DNA from: a virus
Strand: one strand, 5' to 3'
Length of the DNA stretch: 33,520 nt
Virus record (IMG/VR): IMGVR_UViG_3300025874_000003
In this document: positions 22,566 to 33,100 of the stretch, piece by piece
Layout: each line of letters opens with the position of its first letter
How positions within the stretch are numbered: position 1 is the stretch's first letter
Translations under genes and position numbers: made by a program
The notes under the pieces: generated by a model
Seen by the model: only the letters and a program-made list of their open reading frames with translations
What the model was told of the DNA's origin: nothing
Databases searched by the model: none

Positions 22566-22888
22566 TCGCGTTTGGCAAATGGATTTTTTTTGCTAACGGT
22601 AGAATTAAGGGTAGCAAATCCACAAGGTTAGAGCAGTGGAAAGCTATTGAGAGAATATCTGGTCGTGCTCCTAGAGAGTTGCACGATCAGCCTCACCTTG
22701 ATGATTATTTAGTTGGTACATGGAATGCTTATTGTTTAATTTCTAAGGGTGTGGAGAGTATAAGCCTACAAGATATATTGGCTTATTCTAAATTGTATGA
22801 CGAACACCTAGATAGATGGCAAATAGATGCTATCTTAGGCTTAGATCAGGAAAGGCTTAAACAATGGCAGACACAATCGCAAGACTGA
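22194..22888 (+). CDS. Tail assembly chaperone frameshift product (gpGT analogue) via -1 slip at G AAA AAA (22556-22562)
   Basis: The -1 frame is open from 22532 to TGA at 22886-22888 and has no credible start of its own (the ORF track starts at TTG 22679). The only slippery run in the window of overlap is the A6 tract. Confidence 0.65.
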
Positions 22889-25164
22889 TATTTGAGGCAA
22901 ACACAGCCGAATTAAAGAAAGCTAATGATGAGCTGAAAAAACTAGCGCAAGAATCAGGTAAGGCCGCTAAGTCTGTCAATGATGGAACTACAGCTAAGAA
23001 AAAGTCAAGCAACGAAACTGTAAAGCTGACTAACAAAGAAAAACTTCTTAAAGATTCTTTAAAGAAAACTGGCAACGAAACAAAAAAAACCACCACTGCT
23101 ACAGACAAAATGACAGAATCATTAAAGCGAGCATCTAATGCTGCCGCTGTAATGACTGGCCCGCTCGGTGGTGTGTCTGGTCGATTATCATTCTTAGCAA
23201 CTGGTATGAATAATTTTGGTCTAGCTGGGATTGCAACTGGCGTTGCTCTTGCTGGCGTAGCAACTATTATAAAAAACTCTGTTGGAGCCTTTGCCGCTTA
23301 CGAAACGCAAATGTTTAAACTTGAGGCGATGACAAAAGCTACAGGCTTTACGGCTGGCTTTACAGCAATAGAGCTAGATAGAATGGCTATCGCTGTAGGT
23401 AGAGATACCTTAGCAAGCGCTAGTGGAATAAGAGATTTACAAGGCGTACTTCTTAGTTTTCAGTCAATATCTGGTGATGTATTTAAAAGAGCTATCGCTG
23501 CTTCTGTTGATCTATCGGCAGTGATGGGGCAAACCGCTGCAAGTGCAGGTAAAACTCTTGCAAAAGCCCTTGAAGACCCTATAAATAACCTATCTGCTTT
23601 AACTCGCGCTGGAGTGCTATTTACAGAGCAAGAAAAAGAAAAGATTGCAGCCTTAAAAGATGCAAATAAAACTTATGAAGCGCAAGCATTAATTCTTGAT
23701 AAGATAGAAGAGAAGATGAAAGGCGCTGGTACTGGTGGTGGTGTAGCTGCGGCCATAGATACTCTTGGCGAAAACATTGCTTACGCCTCTATACAGCTTG
23801 CAAAAGCTAGTGGTACAGCCTCAAGTACAAAAAATATTGCAAATGAGTTTGCTGAAATGTTTCAGATGACAGGAGACTTTTTTGCAGACTTTGACAAAGG
23901 CTTGGAGGGCGAGAGGGAAAAACAGCTCAAAAAGATAAAGTCGCAAGAAAATAAAATGAGTGTTTTTGGTTATTTTTTTGGCGAAGAAAATGAAAGCACT
24001 GGTTATAACTTAGCGCAACTTGAAAAATTCCAAGATGAGCTTGACGTTATAGATGCTAAGATAGCGCAAAGAAATGCAGATAAAGCAACTGCCGATGCTG
24101 CAAAAAACAAGAAACCTCCAGCGCCTGATGATTTTGAAGATGATGATTTTGAAGATGACCTTGCCGCTACGAAAGTAAACCCATTACAGCCACTACTTGA
24201 CAAAATTGCTAAAGAAAAGGAAATTAAAGATAAAGCTGCCGCAGATGATCAGGCAAGAAAAGACGAAATTCTAGCGAAAAATCAAGAAGCTGCTGAGTTA
24301 GAAATGGCTCAAGCTGCTATCTTTCAACTACAGCATCAAGAAAGGCTTACAGAAGCGGCTTTGTTTGAAAAAGAACTAAAAGATCAACTAGCCGAGCAAG
24401 ATGTGGAAAGAATGTTAGCTGCTGGTGAGATTGAAGCTAGTACAGCAGCAGCATTATTAGAGGCTAAACTTGAAAGAATTGCGTCTGAGTATGATCAAGA
24501 GTTAGAAGTTATAGTTGAAAAAGAAGCTGAAAGAGCAGAAGCGCTAAAAGAAATACAAAATGAAGAGGCAAGTGAACTTCTAGCTATTGAGAATCATAAA
24601 AATAAATCGCTTATGTCTGTAAAAATGAGCGGGGCTAAAGCAATTGCTGGGTTAGCAAAAAAACTATTAGGTGATTCAAAAGCGGCAGCGGTGGCGGGCG
24701 TTGCTATAGATGCTGCAATGGCTGCTGGCGAAATCATGGCACAAGGCGCTAGAACGGCCCAATCTATAGTTGCAGGTCACGCTTTACAGGCATCTATGAT
24801 TCCTGACCCAACTGGGGCTACGCAAACCGCTGTCATTGCTAAAGGTCAAGCTATGGCTGGAGCAAGTTTAGCTTCATCTAAGGCTTTAGCAGTAACAACG
24901 GCAGCCATAAAGTTTGGCACTGGCGTAGCTGGTGTCGCTATGGGTGGTGGCGGTGGTGGTGGTGGTGGCGGTGGCGGTGGCGGGTCATTAGCACAAAATG
25001 CACCTGTACAAGAGATGAGTCCACAAGATCAAGTTATTACTCCACAACCTATAAACGTAACTGTAGACGGCTCTATTGACCCTAGCGGTGCAAGGCGTAT
25101 CATAGAGGCCATAAACGAGGCTACAGAAGACGGCCTAGAAATTAACGCATTGGTGGGTTCATAA
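22864..25164 (+). CDS. Tape measure protein
   Basis: 766 aa with coiled-coil and Ala-rich TM-like segments, in the canonical position after G/GT. Confidence 0.85.
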   Translation: MADTIARLIFEANTAELKKANDELKKLAQESGKAAKSVNDGTTAKKKSSNETVKLTNKEKLLKDSLKKTGNETKKTTTATDKMTESLKRASNAAAVMTGPLGGVSGRLSFLATGMNNFGLAGIATGVALAGVATIIKNSVGAFAAYETQMFKLEAMTKATGFTAGFTAIELDRMAIAVGRDTLASASGIRDLQGVLLSFQSISGDVFKRAIAASVDLSAVMGQTAASAGKTLAKALEDPINNLSALTRAGVLFTEQEKEKIAALKDANKTYEAQALILDKIEEKMKGAGTGGGVAAAIDTLGENIAYASIQLAKASGTASSTKNIANEFAEMFQMTGDFFADFDKGLEGEREKQLKKIKSQENKMSVFGYFFGEENESTGYNLAQLEKFQDELDVIDAKIAQRNADKATADAAKNKKPPAPDDFEDDDFEDDLAATKVNPLQPLLDKIAKEKEIKDKAAADDQARKDEILAKNQEAAELEMAQAAIFQLQHQERLTEAALFEKELKDQLAEQDVERMLAAGEIEASTAAALLEAKLERIASEYDQELEVIVEKEAERAEALKEIQNEEASELLAIENHKNKSLMSVKMSGAKAIAGLAKKLLGDSKAAAVAGVAIDAAMAAGEIMAQGARTAQSIVAGHALQASMIPDPTGATQTAVIAKGQAMAGASLASSKALAVTTAAIKFGTGVAGVAMGGGGGGGGGGGGGGSLAQNAPVQEMSPQDQVITPQPINVTVDGSIDPSGARRIIEAINEATEDGLEINALVGS

Positions 25165-26066
25165 TGTCTGGAGCAATGTTAGTAGAGAACGAATTACACC
25201 ACGGTTACTGGCGTAAAAAAAGCGGAGCCACAACTATAACTTATCAAGCTGGGGCTGCTGCTGCTGGTCATGGCTTTGAGAATTGTATCGATGAGAATGC
25301 AGGTACTACGTTTAAGATAGCTAACTCTACACAGGTCAGGGTTAAAATCTTATTCCCTAGCTCTTTAGGGATGAACGGCTTTGCCATTTACGCACACAAT
25401 CTAACTAGAGATCAGGGTGTTGCTATAAAATATAGCACTAACACTAATAATACGACTGGCGACTTTGAGGATGATGGTAGTGTTTATACCCACGAATATA
25501 AACCTACCGACAATTTATATAGGCCGTTCGGTGCAATGTGGACAGACAATAATTTTTCAGTTAGATATTTAACAATTGAAACTATAGGTTGGACTACGGA
25601 AAGCTATATATCAATTATGTCTGCTGGTCAGTGGGTTACTTCGCACATTGACGTTACCGCACCGTTTACGCCGCCTAGCTTTGCTCCTTACGAGAATACA
25701 ATCAAGCGCAACAATAAGGGTAATCCATTATTAAATGATGTGCGTAAAGTTCCGCAAAAGTTAAATATAAAATTAAATAACTTTAGCGAAGATGACCTAG
25801 AAGATACTACTGATACTGCGTTCAATACACGTATAAACGGTGAGCAAAAGGCATGGCCGATGATTGAATATCTAGGGTATTTTCTTTCTCGTTATCCATT
25901 TTTTGTAATGTACACCCAAGGCGTCAGTGGCGAAACTGACGCGCAAATCAAAGCGGACAGAAATAAGATTTATTACTGCACGATAGATAAATCATTAAAG
26001 CAGCCTAGCTACGCCTCGCCTACTTTATTAAACTGGAGCATTAACGCCATTGGGTATATTGAATGA
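25164..26066 (+). CDS. Tail tip protein (distal-tail-protein position)
   Basis: 300 aa with an ATGA/TAATG-type junction directly after the tape measure. Assigned by position only. Confidence 0.45.
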   Translation: MSGAMLVENELHHGYWRKKSGATTITYQAGAAAAGHGFENCIDENAGTTFKIANSTQVRVKILFPSSLGMNGFAIYAHNLTRDQGVAIKYSTNTNNTTGDFEDDGSVYTHEYKPTDNLYRPFGAMWTDNNFSVRYLTIETIGWTTESYISIMSAGQWVTSHIDVTAPFTPPSFAPYENTIKRNNKGNPLLNDVRKVPQKLNIKLNNFSEDDLEDTTDTAFNTRINGEQKAWPMIEYLGYFLSRYPFFVMYTQGVSGETDAQIKADRNKIYYCTIDKSLKQPSYASPTLLNWSINAIGYIE

Positions 26067-29000
26067 GCCAGCTTTTTACGCCTTATCATTTATACGATAA
26101 CTTACTGTTGTGGCTTGACGGGGCTGACCCTAATGCTAATGACGGTGATGGCGTACCTGTACAAGACAAACCTTTGTATCAGTGGGTTGACAAAAGCCAA
26201 AACAAATACGTTTTTGAGCAGAATACTGCTGCTGATGCGCCTACCTACGACTTGGCGAATAAAAGATTGGCCTTTGACGGTACGGAACATTTAGCTTGTG
26301 CGAATATAGATAACTTTCCGCAAGTGTTTAATATGTATGTTGTTGCCTCTATAACTTACACAGCCTCTACTGCTACTAATGTTGTAATATCTTGCGACTC
26401 TGCTGATACCGAATCTGACTGGACTTTTGTTCAAGAAAAAGACTCTGATGAAATAGAGCCAAAATTTACATTTCAGGATGTAAATGACGCGACACAAACT
26501 GCAACAAGCTCTGTAACAGTTACTAACGGCGCACCTGCGATTTTTGAGTTGCTAGGTGATGGCAGGTATAATAATTCCATACAATACGTTGATGTAAATA
26601 ACGCTAATAACTATGGTGGCGCTGAGGCTTCACAAATAAAACTAGACAATGACGTTGTTATTAACCTGATGAAGAATATCGCAGGTGAAGAAACGTCAGG
26701 CACAATTTACGAAGTGTTGATTTTTGATGCTTTACTAAGTCGCCATAACCGCTGGGCTATACAAGGTTATCTAAAGCATAAATACAACCTATCAATCTCT
26801 GAAACCTCTGCTGCTGGTTTAACTGATGTTATGCAAGCAGGTAGAGACAACAACCAAGATGCTCTTGCAGTTCACCCTTACAGAAATAACCCGCCACTAA
26901 CAGGCGCGACTAAACTTGTAAATGCGGCCAATAACAATGAAGAAGAAACTCTAAATAATATATATCAAAACGCACACAAGCTATCACCTAGAGTTCCAAT
27001 GCAGTACGTTAGGCTCTCGTTAGATTTTTGCGATAACGCTTTTGGTAGCAACACTTTTCCGTCTGGATGCACTGCTGACGCTGCTGGACAGCCTTGCTTT
27101 AACACTAGAGAAACCTGCCAAGCATTACAGGCATATAGGTTGGATAGCTCAGGTAAAAGGCAGTATATTTTTAGTCAAGAGATGGGTGATAGATTAACGG
27201 GTGTTGAAAAGCACGCACACTCTGCCCTTATATCAGTGTCTAGCGCACCTACAGAGATAGTACCAACTAAAGGTATATCTTTAAGGTCTAACGTCACTAT
27301 CAAGCTACGTGACTTTATGTCTACCGATACAGATACAGATGATCACGCCGCTAGTCGTAGCTACATTACGACAGATCAAGGTAGTTACTTTGAGAAGTTT
27401 TTAGCTAGAAACCCACACTATGTAGGTCGTACTGTAGAAGTTTTTGACGGCTATGTGGCTTACGATGGCTCTATACAAACACAAGACGGAAAAAAGAAAT
27501 ACATAATTGACTCTATGTTCTTGGATAGAGATGTACTAACTATTAAATGCAAAGACCCAATGACTCTCGCAGATGAGTTAAAAGCTAAAATTCCAAAACC
27601 ATCTGGATTTTCATTAGCAGAGTCTTTAAATACATCTACCCACAACCATATAAACTTGAAAAAAGATGATATATCTTTAGTTGGCTCTAGTAGTTCTGAT
27701 AAAGCATTAGTTACAGCGGAATTTGGAGCTGATAATACCACAGGCTTTGTTCGTATTAATGATGAGATATTAGGGTATCGCGTAGATGTTAGTGGCAGTC
27801 AGGCTGCCTTAGATATTACAAGCCGAAATCAGTGGGGAACAAAAGGAAACACAGAAGCCTACGACGTAGATGATTCAATACAAAAGTGTTTATTTTTTGG
27901 CACCTACACTGGTTTAGATGACAATGATAATGTAGTAGGCGAGACAATTAATAATGTTGCATATGAAATGCTCGTGACTGGTGCTGGCGTACCTGCCGCT
28001 GCATGTAATAACGAGACAGGTGGTATTTATTCTTGGGTTGACGAAAAAACCAACTGGTTAGACACGTTTAAAATAAATATGATTCTTAGTGAGCCTAAAG
28101 AAGTTAATAAGCAACTATCACAACTTGGCTCTATGGTTGGCGTTAATTTCTTTTACGATGATTTAAGCTCGCAGATTGTTATGAGAGCAGAGACTCCAGA
28201 GATTACTACTGACAGCATAGTTCGAGTTACAGATGACCATATAGTTGAAGATAGCTATAAGCTAATAAAAGCGGACAAAGATAGAATCTCAAGAGTTTAC
28301 TACTACTACAATCTGCGAAATTCAACTGATGATAAAGATAAGCCAAAATCATTTAAAAATTTATACGTTAATATTGACTCTGACTCTGAAACAGATTTTG
28401 AATACGCCAAAGAATCAAACAAGGTAATTTACGGCTGGGGTGTAAAAGATTCGTCTGTAGCTACAAGTGTAAGTCAAAGAATTTTAAATAGATTTAAGAA
28501 AACACCTATTTCTTGCAGCTTCAAACTTGATGCTTCCTATGACCAGTTATCTACAGGCGATCATTTTTATTTAAGCACTAGGCATATAACTGACATATAT
28601 GGCGAGCAAAAAATACAAACAGAGATGCAGGTTCTATCGACAGAGTTTGATAGTAAAAAACAACAATTTTTAATTAAGGCTAAACAGTTTAGATTCGGAA
28701 CTCTTAACAGGGGTAGAGTAACTGCTAATGATATTGGTGGCTTTAACAAGGCTAATGCAGATAATACAAGTGAGGGATTTAACTCCTTAAATAACACTAA
28801 TGGCGGGTTAGGTACAGAGCAATCACCTTACTTGGGCGTTAGGTCTACAGGCTCATTTATATCTAATGATGCTAATAGAGCGGCAAGCAGTAGAACATTT
28901 ATAAGTGCCTCTGTTGTTGCTGGCGGCCAAAACTTTAACAACACATCCACTATAGTTGCCGCAGAAGTAACAGCAGATCAAGGAACAGGATTAACATTAA

Positions 29001-29224
29001 CTGCGACCGCCGTAGGTGGTGTTGTTCAGTCTGTAGCCGTTACAAGCAATCCAGCCACAGGTAGTAATCTTGGCGATGCAAGCCACCTTAACTACTTTGA
29101 TGGTCAAATAGTGACCTGCGTAGATGGTGTAAATAATGGCGGTGGCGCTGCTACTGGGCTACAATTACGCCTAAATGTTAGTGCTAAAATGTCAGGCGGC
29201 CAAGAGCCGTATTCAATAGTTTGA
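26063..29224 (+). CDS. Large tail tip / host-specificity protein with an N-terminal LamG-like segment
   Basis: 1053 aa following the tape measure and tip protein. The N-terminal LLLWLDGADPNA ... DKSQNKY ... APTYD ... LAFDG pattern resembles concanavalin/LamG-type lectin folds. Confidence 0.6.
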   Translation: MSQLFTPYHLYDNLLLWLDGADPNANDGDGVPVQDKPLYQWVDKSQNKYVFEQNTAADAPTYDLANKRLAFDGTEHLACANIDNFPQVFNMYVVASITYTASTATNVVISCDSADTESDWTFVQEKDSDEIEPKFTFQDVNDATQTATSSVTVTNGAPAIFELLGDGRYNNSIQYVDVNNANNYGGAEASQIKLDNDVVINLMKNIAGEETSGTIYEVLIFDALLSRHNRWAIQGYLKHKYNLSISETSAAGLTDVMQAGRDNNQDALAVHPYRNNPPLTGATKLVNAANNNEEETLNNIYQNAHKLSPRVPMQYVRLSLDFCDNAFGSNTFPSGCTADAAGQPCFNTRETCQALQAYRLDSSGKRQYIFSQEMGDRLTGVEKHAHSALISVSSAPTEIVPTKGISLRSNVTIKLRDFMSTDTDTDDHAASRSYITTDQGSYFEKFLARNPHYVGRTVEVFDGYVAYDGSIQTQDGKKKYIIDSMFLDRDVLTIKCKDPMTLADELKAKIPKPSGFSLAESLNTSTHNHINLKKDDISLVGSSSSDKALVTAEFGADNTTGFVRINDEILGYRVDVSGSQAALDITSRNQWGTKGNTEAYDVDDSIQKCLFFGTYTGLDDNDNVVGETINNVAYEMLVTGAGVPAAACNNETGGIYSWVDEKTNWLDTFKINMILSEPKEVNKQLSQLGSMVGVNFFYDDLSSQIVMRAETPEITTDSIVRVTDDHIVEDSYKLIKADKDRISRVYYYYNLRNSTDDKDKPKSFKNLYVNIDSDSETDFEYAKESNKVIYGWGVKDSSVATSVSQRILNRFKKTPISCSFKLDASYDQLSTGDHFYLSTRHITDIYGEQKIQTEMQVLSTEFDSKKQQFLIKAKQFRFGTLNRGRVTANDIGGFNKANADNTSEGFNSLNNTNGGLGTEQSPYLGVRSTGSFISNDANRAASSRTFISASVVAGGQNFNNTSTIVAAEVTADQGTGLTLTATAVGGVVQSVAVTSNPATGSNLGDASHLNYFDGQIVTCVDGVNNGGGAATGLQLRLNVSAKMSGGQEPYSIV

Positions 29225-29231
29225 GGAATTT

Positions 29232-29969
29232 ATGACTACATACAGAGCGGTATCAGATACAGAGGTAGCTGTAGATGCGCCTTTAACGCAGCAGCTTATG
29301 CAAGCGCTTAAAGATAACCAGTTAGCGATTGGTGAGGGCGCAAGTCAGGCTCCAAGACAAAGCCATTTAGCTTTAGGTAATGTTGCGGCTGGTGAAAAGC
29401 CAATTATCTTTTGGGCTAGGAATACAGGGTTCAATGGTAGCGGGGTCAACAACGGTCACTCTACCGCTTATGATTATTACTCTAAAACTTGGACTGTTGC
29501 AAAGTGCGGGACTTATAGATTTAAAGTAATGGCACAAGGGCAGGATGGAAATATAAGATGTCGTACTCAACTTTACAAAATAGCCGCTGGAGATGATGGT
29601 GCTGGCTCGGTAGTTTTAGAGACGGCTGGTGCAGTAAGTACAGCCATTTATAATCAGACAGATGTAACTTTTGCAACTGGCGATAAGTTTTATATAAGAA
29701 ATAATAGGACAGATGGAGATGATGTAGGCCGCAGGTTTTCAAGGCTTATTGTTTCAGTATTGCAGCCATTGACAAACTTTTGTGAAACATTTGAAATAGG
29801 GAGTCAAGGCTCTGTATCTGCCAACAATGCTTACGACTCAAGGTTGGCATTTAATGGTGATGGCGGTAACGGCTCCAGCATACCTAAGTTTGAAGATTTA
29901 GAAGACTACGGATTAAATACTACAGATACACAGTTTAATGCCTTAGACTTAACGAGTACGGAGCGATAA
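29232..29969 (+). CDS. Tail-associated hypothetical protein
   Basis: 245-aa ORF lying between the tip protein and fibre genes. Confidence 0.6.
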   Translation: MTTYRAVSDTEVAVDAPLTQQLMQALKDNQLAIGEGASQAPRQSHLALGNVAAGEKPIIFWARNTGFNGSGVNNGHSTAYDYYSKTWTVAKCGTYRFKVMAQGQDGNIRCRTQLYKIAAGDDGAGSVVLETAGAVSTAIYNQTDVTFATGDKFYIRNNRTDGDDVGRRFSRLIVSVLQPLTNFCETFEIGSQGSVSANNAYDSRLAFNGDGGNGSSIPKFEDLEDYGLNTTDTQFNALDLTSTER

Positions 29970-30176
29970 ATGGACGGCTTACAACTACTAAACACAAAAA
30001 ATATACGCAATAATCTGTTAAAGAATTCAGACTATACGCAATTTAATGACAGCCCTTTATCTGATGAGGAAAAAGCGGCTTGGGCAACATACAGGCAAGA
30101 GCTTAGAGATTTAATGTCTAACTTAGATGACCTTGATCATGTTGACGAAGTAACTTGGCCTATTGAGCCTCAGTAA
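29970..30176 (+). CDS. Tail fibre assembly chaperone-like protein
   Basis: 68 aa. RNNLLKNSDYTQ ... EEKAAWATYRQELRDL ... WPIEP matches the common small tail assembly chaperone pattern. Confidence 0.55.
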   Translation: MDGLQLLNTKNIRNNLLKNSDYTQFNDSPLSDEEKAAWATYRQELRDLMSNLDDLDHVDEVTWPIEPQ

Positions 30177-30193
30177 ATTAAACAGAGAATATT

Positions 30194-33100
30194 ATGGCTA
30201 CTGAAATAAAATTAAGACGTGGAACTAAAGCCCAGCACGATGACGGCTCAGGCTTTACTGGTGCTGAGGGTGAAGTAACTGTCGATACAACTGACGACAC
30301 TCTACGTGTTCACGATGGCTCTCTTAAAGGTGGTCATGTAATAGCGAAGCTGTCAGACGTAGAAGCGTCCGATACTCTCGCCGAGTTGCTTGCTAAAGGT
30401 AATTCTACTGGCTCTAATGATATACAAGTTGATGGTACTGATAAGGTTACATTCGGTGCAGAGTCAGGTGGTAAGTTAGAGATATATGAAGATGACAGCC
30501 AAAACGGAGTTATCAAACAGACGGGTACTGGTGCTTTAAAAATATCAGGAATATACGGGACGTTAAATAACGATTCTGATGAAGAATTAATTTCTTGGGA
30601 CACTGATAATGCGGGTCTATCTTGGCGCGGTGCTTCTGGCGCAGGACTTAAACTCTTTACTAAAGAAACAGGTATAGGCGTAACAGGTACAGTTAACGCC
30701 TCTGACGGATTAACCGCCGACTACATCGATCTAACTGGTGGTGAATCCACAACAACTACAGGCACTATAGCTTGTAAGCAAATTGTTTTAAATGACCCTA
30801 CTTCAACTAATGACGGAGATGATGGCACTGATTTAGCCAGAATATATACAGAATCTACTATTACTAACCGCTCTAGTTTAGTTATACATTCTGCTGATGA
30901 CGGAAACGACCAGATTGTATTAAGAACAGATAACGATGTAGATGTTTTAGTAGCGGACTCCCACGGCATAAACGTAACAGGTACGGTTGACTGTGACGGC
31001 TTAAAAATGGATGACGGTGAGTACGCACAATTTGGTACTGCTAATGACTTGCAGATTTTCCACAGCGGAAATCATAGTTACATTAAAGATCGCGGCACAG
31101 GAATACTAAGCATACAAAGTGATGGCGATTCTATTACATTCCACGACAGTGCTAATGCCAGAGATATGGCTAAGTTTAGCGTAGGTGGTACAGCGTCTTT
31201 AAACTGGGCTGGTGGAACTGGCACAGGTACTAAGTTAGCCACTACAGCTACAGGCATAAACGTAACAGGTACGGTTACTGCTTCTGACGGTTTAACTGCT
31301 GACTACATTGACCTAACTGGTGGTGAATCTACAACAACTACAGGAACAGTTGCTTGTACAACAATAAAACTTGCTGACCCCAGCACTCCAGAGAATGATC
31401 AGCACTTAATATACACAGAAGCAGACAGTGTTGACTCACCTCTTACTAATCTAGTAATACACGCTGGAGATGATACGCACGAAAAAGTTATTTTAAGAGT
31501 TGGTAATAATAACGGTGGACACATTGATGCCTTAAAAGCTACGGGTTCAGGTGTAGATATAGCTTCTAGCTTAGACGTAACAGGTACGGTTACTGCTGAT
31601 GGTGTCAACTTAGCTGACGATAAAAAGCTAACAATGGGTACATCAGATGATTTTAGAATATACAAAAATGCGTCTGGAAATGCAATCATTCACGAGAGTG
31701 GTAGTGGTAATTTAGAAATAAGAGGTGAGTCAGGAACATTAAGAAATAACGCTAATGAAACGTGCTTAGGTTGGAATGCTGATAAAGCGTATTTGTATTG
31801 GCAAGGCGATACAGGAACTAAAGGTGAAAGGCTCAAAACTACTGATTCAGGCATAGACGTAACAGGTACGGTTACTTGTGATGAGGCTTTGACAATATCT
31901 TCAACGGGTGCTGCTGCTGATGCAAAACCTGATATATGGTTATTCAACAATGCGCCTGCCGCTGTAAATGAAAGATTAGGTCAAATAACGTGGTATGGCA
32001 AAAATGACGTATCGCCTGAGCAAGAGACTGTAAATTATGCTTTCCAAGAAGTAAAAACTACTAATGTTGGTGATAGCACTGAGCAAGCCGAGATGCAATT
32101 CCACATTAGGAATGGCGCTAGTCACGTTGAAGTTTTAACTTTAGACAGCTCAGGCATAGACGTAACAGGTACGGTAGAAGCAGATGCGTTTAGCGGTACT
32201 GGCACTACTGCGATAACCGACTTTGTTACCGCTGTATCTACAAACAATAACGATACAACTGTACCAACTACTGCTGCCGTTAAGAGTTATGTAGATAACA
32301 ACGATGGAGATACTACATATACAGGCGGCACTGGCTTAACTTTAAATGGCACTACTTTTAACGTAGACGCTGCTCAGACTGGCATTACATCAGTAGGCAC
32401 GTTAAGCGGATTAACTACAGGCGCTACTACAGTTAATGGATCGCTATCGGTTAATTCTACTAGCGCGGACACTACTTATAGCCCAGAAATAGTTTTAGAA
32501 AGAAATGGTGGGGCTGCTGCTGGTGATGATGGTGATAAGTTAGGTGTTATTACGTTTAAGGGTGACGATACAAGCGGTACGCAAGCTGTATATGCTCAAA
32601 TTGGCGCAAGAATAGTAGATGATGGCGCTGATAATACAAATACAAAAGGTGAGATCAGAATAGCTTGCGGATATAACGCTACTGCAAACTTAGAAGACCC
32701 ATCATTAAGGATAGACCATTTAGGCACTTGGATTAATGAGAGTCAGGCAGATGGCTCGGCAGATTCAAGTTTTTATAATGTTTCTGGCTTTAGGAGCGGT
32801 ATAAAATACTGGGCTAATCAATCATCGGGCTACGCCATAGAAGTAAAAAGCGCTACACCTACTGCTGATAGAGATATAAAATTCCCTGATGTTTCGGGAC
32901 TTGTAGTTGTTTCTGGGGTTGCGGGTGGCTCTATGAATGGTGGCGGTGGTTTAGGAACCGCGCAAACCGCTTGGTCTCCTGAACAATTCATGGCTAACGC
33001 AAATACTGACTATTATCATTACACTGACGCATCTACAGATGTAGATTTGTTAGTAGCTGTGCCTTTTTCTGGTATTGACCTCGCCGAGTACGGTACAAAA

